Numbered from the stretch's first letter, positions 8,237-18,228 are shown. The stretch: DNA of 64,000 nucleotides from Myxococcales bacterium (GCA_024640845.1 JAHEEE010000014.1:1315-65314); one strand, 5' to 3'. Made by a program: numbers and translations. Notes: generated by a model from the sequence alone, not told the origin.

Positions 8237-8246
8237 CTCTCCCCGC

Positions 8247-9086
8247 GTGGGCGAGTTCGCCAAAACCAAAGCCGGAGTCGATGCGTCCGAGAAGAAGACG
8301 CTCGGCGAAGGGCTCTTTCGCAAGTGCGAAGCTTGCGGTGACGCCGTGAAGAAGGAGGACTTCGAGCGCAACCTGGAAGTATGTCCGGCGTGTGGCGCGC
8401 ACTTTCATATCCCTGCCGAGCGTTGGATCGAAATCCTTGCCGATGCGGGCACTTGGACTGCTCACGATACCGAGCTGATCGCTGCCGATCCGCTTCGTTT
8501 CGTCGACACCAAGGCCTATCCCGGCCGGGTCGAGGCAGCGCGCGCCTCGACCGGCGTGAACGACGCAATCCTCGCCGGCACAGCCAAGATCGAAGGCCGC
8601 TCGGTCCAACTCGGGGTGTTCGTATTCCGCTTCATGGGTGGCTCGATGGGCTCTGTCGTAGGCGAGGTCATCACACGCTTGATGGAGCGCGGTGCGCAGC
8701 GGAAGCAACCCGTCGTATTGCTGTCCTGTTCGGGTGGTGCACGCATGCAGGAGGGCTCGCTCTCGTTGATGCAGATGGCGAAAACAGTCGCGGCGCGCGC
8801 CAAGCTGCGCGAGGCGGGAGCGCCCTTCATCAGCGTCCTACTGAACCCGACGACAGGGGGTGTGGCGGCGAGCTTCGCGCTGCAAGGCGACGTCAACATC
8901 GCGGAGCCACGAGCACTGATCGGGTTCGCGGGCCCGCGCGTCATCGAGGACACCATTCGACAGAAGCTTCCCGACGGGTTTCAGCGTGCCGAGTTCCTGC
9001 TCGAGCACGGCATGATCGACATGATCTCCACGCGGCAAGACATGCGCGACAACATCGCGCGCATCGTCGAATATCTAGCAGGGTGA
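8247..9086 (+). CDS. accD: Acetyl-CoA carboxylase carboxyltransferase beta subunit
   Basis: N-terminal zinc ribbon CEACG...CPACGAH followed by the carboxyltransferase domain (GGSMGSVVGE, GGARMQEG). The track start at 8133 overlaps pgeF, so the GTG at 8247 is chosen. The start is uncertain. Confidence 0.85.
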   Translation: MGEFAKTKAGVDASEKKTLGEGLFRKCEACGDAVKKEDFERNLEVCPACGAHFHIPAERWIEILADAGTWTAHDTELIAADPLRFVDTKAYPGRVEAARASTGVNDAILAGTAKIEGRSVQLGVFVFRFMGGSMGSVVGEVITRLMERGAQRKQPVVLLSCSGGARMQEGSLSLMQMAKTVAARAKLREAGAPFISVLLNPTTGGVAASFALQGDVNIAEPRALIGFAGPRVIEDTIRQKLPDGFQRAEFLLEHGMIDMISTRQDMRDNIARIVEYLAG

Positions 9087-10354
9087 GCCGGTATCGCGAA
9101 GCGTTGCAGTGGCTCTACGGGTTGGAGTCACGTGGCATCAAGCTCGGTCTCGATCGAATGCAGGGCGCGGCCGAGGTTCGCGGGCATCCCGAGCGCGCGG
9201 TCCGCTACGTGCATGTTGCCGGGACGAATGGCAAGGGCAGCGTCGGAGCCATGCTGGAGTCCGTCCTGCGGGCCGCGGGCTATCGCACGGGGCAGTTCGC
9301 CTCGCCGCATCTACAGCGGTACGTCGAACGTGTGCGCATCGGCGGGCGGCCGATCTCCGAGAGCGAAGCAGCGACACGCATCGAGGACCTCCGGGCTGAG
9401 CACCGTCTACCCCCGCTATCGTTCTTCGAGTACACGACTCTCCTCGCGTTCGAAGCGTTTCGCGACGCTCACTGTGACATCGTCGTGCTCGAGGTAGGGC
9501 TCGGCGGGAGGCTCGATTCCACCAACATCGTGACGCCTGAAGCGTCGGTGATCACCAACATCAGCTTGGAGCACCAACGCATTCTCGGCGACACGGTCGC
9601 CAAGATCGCGCGCGAGAAGGCCGGGGTGCTCAAGCCGGGAGTACCGTGCATCGTCGGGACACGCGCCAAGAGCGCCAAACTGGCGATCGCCGCGCGGGCT
9701 CGAACCGTCGGCGCGCCCCTTCGGTGGATCGATCGTGACTTCGAGCGCAGCTGGAAAGGAGCCAAGCTTTCCGTGCGGGTCGGCGATCGCAAGTGGGACG
9801 ATCTCAAACTCGGTCTTCGCGGGCACTACCAAGCGGACAATGCGGCATGCGCACTGGCGACGCTGGTCGAGCTCGGCGAGCGCGGTTTCGAAGTTTCCGA
9901 TGACCACGTGCGCACAGGCCTACGGCGAGCGCGGTGGGCCGGCCGCCTTGAATGGCACCGTGGGAGCCCCGCATTCTTGTTCGATGCGGCTCACAACGCG
10001 TCCGGTTGCGAGACTCTCGCCCGATATCTGGACGACCTCAGCTTTCGGGGGCGTGTAATCCTATTGTTCGGCGCCATGCGCGACAAGGATCACCGTCGGA
10101 TGCTCGCAGCGTTCGATGGCAGGGTCGAGCGACGGATCTATGCGGCCCCATCGGTCAGCCGCGCGGAGCATCCCGAGCGTCTCTCACAGATTCGGTCGGG
10201 CACCGTGGCCAGGAGTGTCCGGGACGCCGTCGCTCGCGCCGAGCGGGCCGCGGGTCCGGACGGCCTCGTCGTGACGGCCGGCTCGATCTTCCTCGTCTCC
10301 GAGGCCCGGGCCCTCGTCAAGAACGTCCGCACCGACCCCCCGATCCCCATGTAG
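9083..10354 (+). CDS. folC: Bifunctional folylpolyglutamate synthase / dihydrofolate synthase
   Basis: The GTG at 9083 overlaps the accD stop (GTGA). VAGTNGKGS P-loop. The upstream 234 codons of track ORF 8381-10354 are an Arg-rich shadow over accD. Confidence 0.85.
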   Translation: MSRYREALQWLYGLESRGIKLGLDRMQGAAEVRGHPERAVRYVHVAGTNGKGSVGAMLESVLRAAGYRTGQFASPHLQRYVERVRIGGRPISESEAATRIEDLRAEHRLPPLSFFEYTTLLAFEAFRDAHCDIVVLEVGLGGRLDSTNIVTPEASVITNISLEHQRILGDTVAKIAREKAGVLKPGVPCIVGTRAKSAKLAIAARARTVGAPLRWIDRDFERSWKGAKLSVRVGDRKWDDLKLGLRGHYQADNAACALATLVELGERGFEVSDDHVRTGLRRARWAGRLEWHRGSPAFLFDAAHNASGCETLARYLDDLSFRGRVILLFGAMRDKDHRRMLAAFDGRVERRIYAAPSVSRAEHPERLSQIRSGTVARSVRDAVARAERAAGPDGLVVTAGSIFLVSEARALVKNVRTDPPIPM

Positions 10355-10422
10355 GCGAGAGTGTGGGGGGTGCAGGGGCCAAATTGCGCCGAAGGCATCC
10401 TGAGATCGACTTCCCGCGTGCT

Positions 10423-11454
10423 ATGCACTCGCCGATGAGTGTGTTCTTGCAAGCCTGTCGGCGAGAGCCGACCCCTTACACGCCGATCTGGATCATGCGG
10501 CAGGCCGGTCGGTATCAGCCCGAGTATCGTGAGCTCCGAGAGAAAGTGAGCTTCATCGAGCTCTGCAAGACACCCGACCTTGCATGCGAAGTGACGGTTC
10601 GCGCGGTCGAGCAGCTGGGTGTCGACGCTGGCATCATCTTCGCCGACATACTGTTAATTCTCGAGCCCCTTCGGATCGGCTTCGAGTTTACGGATGACCA
10701 CGGTCCGCGCATCATGAATCCCATTCGTGATGCGGCGCAGGTCGACGCGATTCCCGAGCGCATCGATGCCGCAGGCTCGCTCTCCTACGTGATGGACGCG
10801 ATTCGCACGACGCGAAAAGAGCTCGACGTTCCGCTGATCGGATTTGCCGGCGCGCCGTTTACCCTTGCCTCGTATGCGATCGAAGGGGGCGGCTCGAAGA
10901 ACTACTACGAGGCCAAGAAGCTCATGCTCGGCGACGAAGGCCTTTGGAACGCATTGATGTACAAGCTGTCGAGCGCGATTGCGAGCTACCTGATCGCGCA
11001 AATCGACGCGGGCGCACAAGCGGTGCAGCTATTCGACAGCTGGATCGGGTGCCTTTCGCCGGCCGACTATCGACGCTACGTGTTGCCGCACACCAAAGCG
11101 ATCTTCGATAAACTGCCAAAGGACACGCCCGCCATTCACTTCGGCACCGGTAACCCGGAGCTTTATCCGGCGATGAAGGAAGCCGGCGGCGACGTCATCG
11201 GCATCGATTGGCGGACGTCGATCGACGAGGCGTGGTCGGTGCTCGGCGATGACGTCGGCCTTCAGGGCAACATGGACCCAGCTGCACTTCTCGCCTCGAC
11301 CGATGTGCTGTGCACCCGTGCGTCCGAGGTGCTTGAAAGCGCCGCCGGTCGCCCCGGCCACATTTTCAACCTAGGCCACGGGATCATGCCGCAGGCAACG
11401 CCGGCGCAAGCGCGTGCACTCGTCGATCACGTGCACGAGGTGAGTCGGCGCTAG
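10423..11454 (+). CDS. hemE: Uroporphyrinogen decarboxylase
   Basis: PIWIMRQAGRYQPEYRE motif; 343 aa from the ATG at 10423. The longer track ORF start (9952) overlaps folC. Confidence 0.9.
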   Translation: MHSPMSVFLQACRREPTPYTPIWIMRQAGRYQPEYRELREKVSFIELCKTPDLACEVTVRAVEQLGVDAGIIFADILLILEPLRIGFEFTDDHGPRIMNPIRDAAQVDAIPERIDAAGSLSYVMDAIRTTRKELDVPLIGFAGAPFTLASYAIEGGGSKNYYEAKKLMLGDEGLWNALMYKLSSAIASYLIAQIDAGAQAVQLFDSWIGCLSPADYRRYVLPHTKAIFDKLPKDTPAIHFGTGNPELYPAMKEAGGDVIGIDWRTSIDEAWSVLGDDVGLQGNMDPAALLASTDVLCTRASEVLESAAGRPGHIFNLGHGIMPQATPAQARALVDHVHEVSRR

Positions 11455-12149
11455 TTCTTGCGAACGCCGATGAACTGGAAGGTCAGCCCAAAGGTGCCGG
11501 TCACCTGCCGACCCAGAACCCATGAATTGAACGACTGGCTCGTATCCGGGTCGGTGCCCTTGAGCGAGAGGCCCACAAAGCTCCAATCGACGGATCCGAC
11601 GAAGGAGATCCAGCGGACGATCGGGACTCGAATGCCCACACCACCCGTCGCGACGATGCCCCCGTTGCTCAGGCCGGTGAGCCCATACGGGTTTCCGTTG
11701 ATCATCTTCGCGTACCCGAGGTCGACCCGGAACATGATATGCACGTACGGAATTCGAATAGTGGGCTGGAACTCGAGGCCGGTCTTCATCAGGCCGTAGT
11801 CGCCGTAGTTTGCTTGGCGATAAAACCAGCCGAGGAAAAACGGACCGCCAAAGGGCGTGCCGACGGCGAAGCCTCCTTCGGGACCTTTGACTTTCGGTGC
11901 GTTTCGCCCGCCGCCGCTAAGGGTGAGGCTGCCAAATTTATCGGGATCGTAGCCCGAGGGGCCGGCGAAGCCTTCGATCCAAAGCCATCCCTGTACCTTC
12001 TTGTAGTACGGGCCTCTGTCGTCCCCTTCTTCCTTGGCAGCCTCCGGGGTCGCCTCCGCCGGTGCCTCCGTACTGGCCGAGTCATCCTGAGCAAGAGCGG
12101 TTGCGCTGAGAAACATCATCGCGCTCGAGATCATTGCAACGTACTTCAT
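11451..12149 (-). CDS. Secreted beta-barrel-like outer-membrane protein (232 aa)
   Basis: The ATG at 12149 is preceded by GGGGAGAG. Signal peptide MKYVAMISSAMMFLSATALAQ, then an acidic linker and a Gly/aromatic-rich alternating sequence. Confidence 0.65.
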   Translation of the reverse strand: MKYVAMISSAMMFLSATALAQDDSASTEAPAEATPEAAKEEGDDRGPYYKKVQGWLWIEGFAGPSGYDPDKFGSLTLSGGGRNAPKVKGPEGGFAVGTPFGGPFFLGWFYRQANYGDYGLMKTGLEFQPTIRIPYVHIMFRVDLGYAKMINGNPYGLTGLSNGGIVATGGVGIRVPIVRWISFVGSVDWSFVGLSLKGTDPDTSQSFNSWVLGRQVTGTFGLTFQFIGVRKN

Positions 12150-12313
12150 TAGTTCTCTCCCCAAGGGGTGTCGGCTCGATTTGCTTCGACACGGTAGGAC
12201 CCCTCGAACCAGTTCCCAGCGTCGATCAGCTTGCACCTCGGCGAGCAAAACGGAAAGTTCTTGGCGCGCTCGCTGAGCTCCTTCTTGCAAATCGGGCAAT
12301 GAGCCGCTTTCAT
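12149..12313 (-). CDS. yacG: DNA gyrase inhibitor YacG (zinc-finger protein, 54 aa)
   Basis: Below the ORF-track cut-off. MKAAHCPICKKELSERAKNFPFCSPRCKLIDAGNWFEGSY matches the YacG signature CPxC...FCSxRCxxIDLGxW. Its TAA shares one base with the next ATG (TAATG). Confidence 0.75.
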   Translation of the reverse strand: MKAAHCPICKKELSERAKNFPFCSPRCKLIDAGNWFEGSYRVEANRADTPWGEN

Positions 12314-12332
12314 CGAGGCGACGATACCACCA

Positions 12333-12917
12333 ATGGAAAGAAAATCCCGTCACGTCTATCTGGACCCCCTCGACGCGATCTGGTTGACGGTCGCCGACCG
12401 CGTCGGCTTTCGTGTTCGGCGCTGCTCCGATGCCTACGCCTCCACGGATGGGCAGGGCGTGATGACCATCGGCGACCCGAGCACTCTCGATCCGGACGAT
12501 TGCCTCGCGCAGATGATCCTTCACGAGCTTTGTCACTCGCTGATCGAGGGTTCGCAAAGTCTACGCCTGCCCGACTTCGGATTGGCCAACGATAGCGAGC
12601 GCGACGTGGTCCGCGAGCACGCGTGCCTCCGGCTTCAAGCATGGCTGAGCGGCGCGCACGGTTTGCGCTGCGTGCTCGCGCCCACGACCGACTTCCGAAG
12701 CTACTACGACGCCCTTCCGGAGGACCCGTTCGGAGGCGATGACCCCGCCACCGAGCTGGCCAGGACGGGTGCGGCGAGATCCGAGCATCCTCCCTGGGCG
12801 CCACACCTGCGGCAGGGACTCGAGGCGACGGCGAGGGTTTTCAAAGCTGCCCGCGAACTCGGGGCAAAGGATCCCAATGCCGAGCAACCGCCAATCTGGA
12901 GGGAATTGAAGGATTAA
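12333..12917 (+). CDS. Hypothetical protein with an HExxH motif (possible zinc metallopeptidase-like)
   Basis: 194-aa ORF with GC-rich third positions; MILHELCHSLIEG. No family recognised. Confidence 0.55.
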   Translation: MERKSRHVYLDPLDAIWLTVADRVGFRVRRCSDAYASTDGQGVMTIGDPSTLDPDDCLAQMILHELCHSLIEGSQSLRLPDFGLANDSERDVVREHACLRLQAWLSGAHGLRCVLAPTTDFRSYYDALPEDPFGGDDPATELARTGAARSEHPPWAPHLRQGLEATARVFKAARELGAKDPNAEQPPIWRELKD

Positions 12918-13095
12918 TTCACTGGCGCTGGCGTGCCTCCCGGCCCGTGGTATAGCTCGCCCGCTTCATTTCGAAGCCGGAGGCCTTCGGGTCCCGAAAT
13001 CAAACACACCCCCCGGCTCGATCAGACGTTCCGGTGCCCCGTTTGGGGTTGTTCGTCTGGGGGGGTGGAAGCGCAACCGAAAGGAGAAATGAGCA

Positions 13096-13971
13096 ATGGC
13101 TGAACCCATCACTGAAGTCCAGGAGGCGCCCGAGTTGGCCGCCCTGGGGAGCCCCGATGTCGCGTCGGGTGATCTGCCAATTGGCCTACGGGCCCTCATC
13201 GATGCAGGCGTGCACTTCGGTCACCAGACCAAGCGCTGGAACCCCCGCATGCGCCCATATATCTACGGCGCCCGCAACGGGATCCACATCATCGACCTCG
13301 ACCAGACCACCGAGCTGTTCAAGCGGGCGTACAACTTCGTCGCCGACGCCGTTGGTCGCGGGGGGCACATCCTCTTCGTCGGCACTAAGCGTCAGGCCGC
13401 GGAGGTCGTTCGCGAAGAAGCGGAACGTGCCGGCCAGTTCTACGTCACCGGCCGTTGGCTCGGCGGCACGCTGACCAACTTCCGCACCATGAAGAGCGGC
13501 ATCGATCGGCTCCGAGACATCGAAGCGCAGGTCGAGGACGGCACGATCAAATTGCTTCGCAAGAAAGAGGCGCTTTCGATCCGTCGCGAGGGCGAGAAGC
13601 TCGAGAAGTACTTGGGCGGGATCAAGAAGATGGACAGCCTCCCGTCGGTGCTTTTCGTCATCGACCCGCAGAACGAGCACATCGCCGTCAGCGAAGCGCG
13701 CAAGCTGCACATTCCGATCGTCGCGCTGACCGACACCAACTGCGACCCCGACCTCATCGACTTCGTGATTCCCGGCAACGACGACGCGATTCGTTCGATC
13801 AAGCTCATCACCTCACGCATCGCCGACGCATGCCTCGAGGGCGGCCAACAACGACGCGACTTCCTCCAACACGAGGGCGCGGCTGCGCCCGACGCGTCCG
13901 GAGACGGCGTGCACGTCGAGTTTGCCCGCAAGCGCGGTTCCGCGCCGGCGGCTCCCGAAGGAACGGAATAA
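13096..13971 (+). CDS. rpsB: 30S ribosomal protein S2
   Basis: [19 protein letters not shown] motif; AGGAGA RBS. It has ~25 extra N-terminal residues and a C-terminal tail relative to E. coli S2. Confidence 0.95.
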   Translation: MAEPITEVQEAPELAALGSPDVASGDLPIGLRALIDAGVHFGHQTKRWNPRMRPYIYGARNGIHIIDLDQTTELFKRAYNFVADAVGRGGHILFVGTKRQAAEVVREEAERAGQFYVTGRWLGGTLTNFRTMKSGIDRLRDIEAQVEDGTIKLLRKKEALSIRREGEKLEKYLGGIKKMDSLPSVLFVIDPQNEHIAVSEARKLHIPIVALTDTNCDPDLIDFVIPGNDDAIRSIKLITSRIADACLEGGQQRRDFLQHEGAAAPDASGDGVHVEFARKRGSAPAAPEGTE

Positions 13972-14645
13972 TGGCCGACATCAGCGCATCCCAAGTCAAG
14001 TCACTCCGAGATCGCACCGGCGCCGGTATGATGGCGTGCCGCGACGCGCTCCGAGAGACGGAGGGCGACGAGGAAAAAGCAATCGAGATCATTCAGAAAA
14101 AGGGTCTCAGTAAGGTCGCCAAGAAGGCCGGTGCGATTGCGGGAGATGGCCTCGTGCACGCCTACATCCACGGCGGCGGCCGGGTGGGGGTTCTCATCGA
14201 GATCAATTGCCAGACCGACTTCGTCGCGCGCGGCGACGACTTTCAGCAGTTCGTTCAAGAGACGGCCATGCAGGTCGCCGCCGAGTCACCGCTCTATGTG
14301 AGCGAAGACGAGATCCCCGAGAACGACCTTCTCGCGCATACGGCAATCTTTCGAGGCCAGATCGAAGAGGAGACCAAGGCCACTGGCAAGGAGAAGCCGG
14401 CGGCGGCAGTCGAGAAGATCGTCGAAGGCAAGCTCGCCAAATGGAAGAAGCAGGTATGTCTCGTCGAGCAGATCTCGATCATGCACGAGGAAAAGACGAT
14501 CAAGACACTCCTCGAGGAGCTGACCGCGAAGCTCGGCGAAAAGATCAACATCCGGCGCTTCACACGCTACGAGGTCGGCGAGGGGATTGAGAAGAAGAAG
14601 ACAGACCTAGCGGCAGAGGTGACCGAGGCGCTGAAAGGCTCGTGA
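13971..14645 (+). CDS. tsf: Elongation factor Ts (short form)
   Basis: [27 protein letters not shown] is a UBA-like N-terminus. The start overlaps the rpsB stop (TAATG). Confidence 0.95.
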   Translation: MADISASQVKSLRDRTGAGMMACRDALRETEGDEEKAIEIIQKKGLSKVAKKAGAIAGDGLVHAYIHGGGRVGVLIEINCQTDFVARGDDFQQFVQETAMQVAAESPLYVSEDEIPENDLLAHTAIFRGQIEEETKATGKEKPAAAVEKIVEGKLAKWKKQVCLVEQISIMHEEKTIKTLLEELTAKLGEKINIRRFTRYEVGEGIEKKKTDLAAEVTEALKGS

Positions 14646-14649
14646 GGTC

Positions 14650-15378
14650 ATGACCAACGGGGCCAAGCTCAATCGCGTACTGCTCAAGCTCTCGGGCGAG
14701 GTGCTTTCAGGGGGCTCGTCCGGCAAGAGCATCGACCCCCAGATGGTCGAGGCGATCAGCGAAGAGCTGGCTGAAGTTCGTTCGAGTGGCTGCCAAATCG
14801 GCATCGTCATCGGCGGCGGCAACATATTCCGAGGTCTCAAGGGCAGCGCGAGCGGCATGGATCGCACCGCTGCGGACCACATGGGGATGTTGGCCACCGT
14901 CGTGAACGGCATCGCACTTCAGGACGGGCTCGAGAAAGCCGGGGTCGATACACGCCTCATGAGCGCGCTCGAGATCAAAGCCGTGTGCGAGCCGTACATC
15001 CGACGGCGGGCGATGCGCCACCTCGAGAAGGGCAGGGTCGTGATCTTCGTTGCCGGCACCGGAAACCCTTACTTCTCCACCGACACTGCGGCGGCGCTCC
15101 GCGCAATGGAGATCAGGGCGAACGTCTTGTGCAAGGCAACCAAAGTGAAGGGGATCTACGACAAAGACCCCGTTCTTCACGAGGACGCAACCATGGTCCC
15201 TCGGCTTACCTACGATCAGTTTCTGATGGAGCGCGTGGGTGTCATGGACGCCACCGCGGTAGCCCTATGCCGCGACAACGACCTGCCGATTCGTGTTTTC
15301 AAGCTCACGGAGCCCGGGAACATTAAACGGGTTGTCATGGGCGAAGACGTCGGTAGCCTAGTGACCGCGGGGGCCTGA
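14650..15378 (+). CDS. pyrH: UMP kinase
   Basis: [17 protein letters not shown] and [11 protein letters not shown] motifs. Confidence 0.95.
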   Translation: MTNGAKLNRVLLKLSGEVLSGGSSGKSIDPQMVEAISEELAEVRSSGCQIGIVIGGGNIFRGLKGSASGMDRTAADHMGMLATVVNGIALQDGLEKAGVDTRLMSALEIKAVCEPYIRRRAMRHLEKGRVVIFVAGTGNPYFSTDTAAALRAMEIRANVLCKATKVKGIYDKDPVLHEDATMVPRLTYDQFLMERVGVMDATAVALCRDNDLPIRVFKLTEPGNIKRVVMGEDVGSLVTAGA

Positions 15379-15403
15379 AGCCCCGGTCAACTCGAGGGAA
15401 CCG

Positions 15404-15961
15404 ATGCTTGCTGAAACACTGGAAGAGCTAAGCGGGGCGATTGCAAATGCGCACGAGGCGCTCAAGCGCGACCTCGCCAGGATCCGCGCCGGCCGCGCCA
15501 ACCCCGCCATCCTCGATGGCATCCGCGTCGACTACTACGGCTCGCCGACGCCCTTGAAGCAACTCGCTTCGATTTCGGTCCCCGAGCCGCGAATGATCGT
15601 GCTCAAGCCTTTCGACCGTTCGCAGATGCAGGCGATTGAAAAGGCGATCATGGAGGCCCAACTCGGCCTCAACCCTGGCAACGACGGCGAGATCATCCGC
15701 CTTCCCATGCCGCCGCTCACCGAGGAACGCCGCAAGGATCTCGTGAAGGTGGCACGGAAGTCGGGCGAGGAGTGCAAGGTCGCGATCCGCAAAGCGCGTC
15801 ACGACGCGAAGGACATCATCGACAGCCTGCAAAAAGAAGGCGAAGTCGGCGAAGACGACGCTGACCGTGCGCGCAAAGAGCTCGAGGACGTGGTCAAGAG
15901 CGGCACCAGCAAGGTCGACGAGATCGTCAGCAAGAAAGAAACCGACATCCTGGAGGTGTAG
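15404..15961 (+). CDS. frr: Ribosome recycling factor
   Basis: 185 aa; IRAGRANPAILDGIRVDYYG and LTEERRKDLVK motifs. Confidence 0.95.
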   Translation: MLAETLEELSGAIANAHEALKRDLARIRAGRANPAILDGIRVDYYGSPTPLKQLASISVPEPRMIVLKPFDRSQMQAIEKAIMEAQLGLNPGNDGEIIRLPMPPLTEERRKDLVKVARKSGEECKVAIRKARHDAKDIIDSLQKEGEVGEDDADRARKELEDVVKSGTSKVDEIVSKKETDILEV

Positions 15962-15962
15962 G

Positions 15963-16409
15963 CTAGAACGTTCGCCCGGGATCGGGAAGGCCGAGTAACC
16001 GCAGCTGGCTGCCGTTGCTGGGGCGTGCGAACGATACCGATGCGCCGAGCCCGCGCCCTTCGAATGGGGTGTAGTCGCAGAGGTGCCGACGCGCGCCGTT
16101 GTACGAACACGAGAGACGCATGCCTGCGTTGACCCCGTTGCCGTTGCTCGCGTCGACTTCGTCGTTGAGAACGATCTGAACACGCTTTCGCGGCTCGTGC
16201 CCGAGGAGCGGCCGGAGTCTCTCGTGGGCCCACTCGGCCACGCGAAGGACCCTCCTGGCCACCAAGGCCAGCGGCTCGGGATCGCTGACCTCGAAATGCT
16301 GGCTCTGGATCGTCCGCCAGCGCCTCGAGAGGTCCTTAGTCCAAGCCCCCGCGGAAAACGCCCCGAAAAGCACGAACAGAGAAGCCATCGCCGCCGTCCC
16401 GCGCGCCAT
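15963..16409 (-). CDS. Hypothetical secreted protein (possibly a short N-terminal remnant of a larger protein family)
   Basis: The ATG at 16409 gives a signal-like MARGTAAMASLFVLFGAFSAGA. The remainder is not recognised. The call is weak. Confidence 0.4.
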   Translation of the reverse strand: MARGTAAMASLFVLFGAFSAGAWTKDLSRRWRTIQSQHFEVSDPEPLALVARRVLRVAEWAHERLRPLLGHEPRKRVQIVLNDEVDASNGNGVNAGMRLSCSYNGARRHLCDYTPFEGRGLGASVSFARPSNGSQLRLLGLPDPGRTF

Positions 16410-16539
16410 CTTCGAGCCCCTACCACGCGGGTCCCCCGAACCCATAGTCACCTGTTCACCCCCTTATGGGCCAAATGCTTGACCCATGCCCATCCGAGTG
16501 CCTAGCCTTAACTGAGGTTAGGGGGATTCGATCGCTATC

Positions 16540-17493
16540 ATGGGCGCTGAGCGAGGGGAATTGGTCATCGAGGATCTAGCGTTGCCGTTGGCGCTGCGTT
16601 TCATCTCTGGAAAGTATCAGGGCGGGGAGTTCCCCGTTCCCGAGTCCGGAGAGATCGTCATCGGACGGTCGAGCGAGCTCGACATGGTTCTCGTGGAGGA
16701 CATGGTATCCCGCCGTCACGCGAAGATCTCCATCGAAGATGGTGACATCTTCCTCGAAGACCTCGGCTCCACGAACGGCAGCTTCGTCAACGGCGAGAAG
16801 ATTACGCGGACCAAGCTTGCCGAAGGCGACCGCATTCTCATTGGCACGAGCATCATCAAAGTCGTCGCGTCTGACGGCTCTGCGTCGGTGGTCGATGCAC
16901 AGGCGCAAATGAACGCCGCCGCATCGAGCGCGCGCCCGGCCGCAGCCGGCAGCACGATGACTGGCTCGATTGCCGAGGTCGCGCTCCCGGACTTGCTGCA
17001 ACTGTTTTCGGCATCGAAGAAGACAGGCGTATTGCAGATCACCACGGCCACCGATGTCGGCGCGATCTACCTGGAAGAAGGCATGGTCCGGTTCGCTGTC
17101 GTAAACGGCGATGAGGCGGTTCCACCCGAGAAGGCGTTTTACCGCGTGCTCGTTTGGGACAAGGGCACGTTCGATCTTTTGCCCGAAGCCCAGCGGGAAT
17201 TTCCGACGGAGATCAAGAGCAGCGTCGAAGGCCTCCTGATGGAAGGCATGCGCCAGCTCGACGAGATGCGCCGTCTAGGCGACGCGTTGCCGTCGCTGCA
17301 GTCCAAGATCACGGTCAAACGACCCCTCGACAAGCCTCTGCGCGACGCGTCTCCTGAAGAGCTCGACGTGATCCAACTTGCCCTCAACCACGACACCCTC
17401 GCCGGCATGATGAACTTCAGCGGCAAACCCGATCCCGAAGTAGCCGAGGTCGTGGTGGCGTTGCTGGACAAGGGTTACCTCAAGAGCAGCTAG
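16540..17493 (+). CDS. FHA-domain protein with a C-terminal DUF4388 (PATAN-like) domain
   Basis: FHA region: IVIGRSSELDMVLVEDMVSRRHAKISIEDGDIFLEDLGSTNGSFVNG. DUF4388 region: GSIAEVALPDLLQLFSASKKTGVLQI. Confidence 0.8.
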   Translation: MGAERGELVIEDLALPLALRFISGKYQGGEFPVPESGEIVIGRSSELDMVLVEDMVSRRHAKISIEDGDIFLEDLGSTNGSFVNGEKITRTKLAEGDRILIGTSIIKVVASDGSASVVDAQAQMNAAASSARPAAAGSTMTGSIAEVALPDLLQLFSASKKTGVLQITTATDVGAIYLEEGMVRFAVVNGDEAVPPEKAFYRVLVWDKGTFDLLPEAQREFPTEIKSSVEGLLMEGMRQLDEMRRLGDALPSLQSKITVKRPLDKPLRDASPEELDVIQLALNHDTLAGMMNFSGKPDPEVAEVVVALLDKGYLKSS

Positions 17494-17658
17494 CGAGCTC
17501 TGCCCTCACCGCAACACCGCAGCACGGGCAGGAACGCCCGGCGCGAAACACGAGCGAAGGCATGCTGCTCACGTGCGTGAGAGTGATACTGGGATTACGA
17601 GGTTGGGGTGGGTGGATGTTGTTTCGCCAAACCAGGTGCCCGGTCCTTCCCCAACGCC

Positions 17659-18210
17659 TCACCCCATCCTCCGAATCCAGCTCACGTACGCTTCGAGCAT
17701 CTTCCGCAGGACCTCCCTCGTCGGTTCGTCTGCGAGTTGCCCGTTCTGAATGCGCTCGTGCGCCTTGCTGACGAGCACCTCCGGATACGGGAAGACCTCT
17801 GACAGCGTTCCGAGCAGCACCTGCTTCAGGTGTCCCTGTGCCCGTGCCGTGCCGACAGCGCCTGGGGCCGCGCCGATGATCGCTACGGGTTTGTGTGCCA
17901 GCACAGACTGGAAGCCCGGTCGCGAAGCCCAGTCGATCGCGTTTTTGAGCACACCCGGAATGCTGAAATTGTACTCTGGCGTCGCGAAAAGCAGCCCGTC
18001 GGCATCCCCAATCTGTGCCTTGAGCGCTTGCACCGACGGAGGCCCTCCTTCGATGTCGAGGTCCCCATTGTAGAGCGGGATGGCCTCGATCGATGCGATG
18101 GAAAGCGTGGCGCCCTTGGGCATGAGCTCGTCGATCGATCGAAGAAGTGCGGTGTTCAACGAGCTCTTTCTCAAGCTTCCGGAGATTCCGATGAGCTGGG
18201 TCATGGTCAC
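17659..18210 (-). CDS. NADPH-dependent FMN reductase family oxidoreductase
   Basis: GISGSLRKSSLN and ATPEYNFSIPGVLKNAIDW motifs. Confidence 0.85.
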   Translation of the reverse strand: MTMTQLIGISGSLRKSSLNTALLRSIDELMPKGATLSIASIEAIPLYNGDLDIEGGPPSVQALKAQIGDADGLLFATPEYNFSIPGVLKNAIDWASRPGFQSVLAHKPVAIIGAAPGAVGTARAQGHLKQVLLGTLSEVFPYPEVLVSKAHERIQNGQLADEPTREVLRKMLEAYVSWIRRMG

Positions 18211-18228
18211 TTTCTCTCTAGAGCCGAC

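Noticed and set aside
8381-9082. Long N-terminal extension of the folC ORF (track ORF 8381-10354); similar extensions occur for hemE (9952), the OMP (12557), the wHTH gene (4167), NFACT (24931), glgA-like (47049) and folA (30621)
   Set aside because: The extensions overlap well-supported neighbouring genes in other frames and are Arg-rich. In each case an internal ATG/GTG/TTG start gives a protein of canonical length, often with an RBS or a 4-nt start/stop overlap.
12918-13095. Possible structured rpsB leader (hairpin ATTTCG...CGAAAT at 12968-13000) acting as an S2 autoregulatory element
   Set aside because: I could not define a convincing extended fold or match it to a known leader motif by eye. 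It is left unreported as a feature, though a covariance-model search would be easy.
17568-17581. Near-palindrome CTCACGTGCGTGAG in the 165-bp convergent gap after the FHA/DUF4388 gene
   Set aside because: It is a single short dyad between two gene ends, with no promoter to regulate. It is too short and has too small a loop to be a convincing terminator. It is probably chance.
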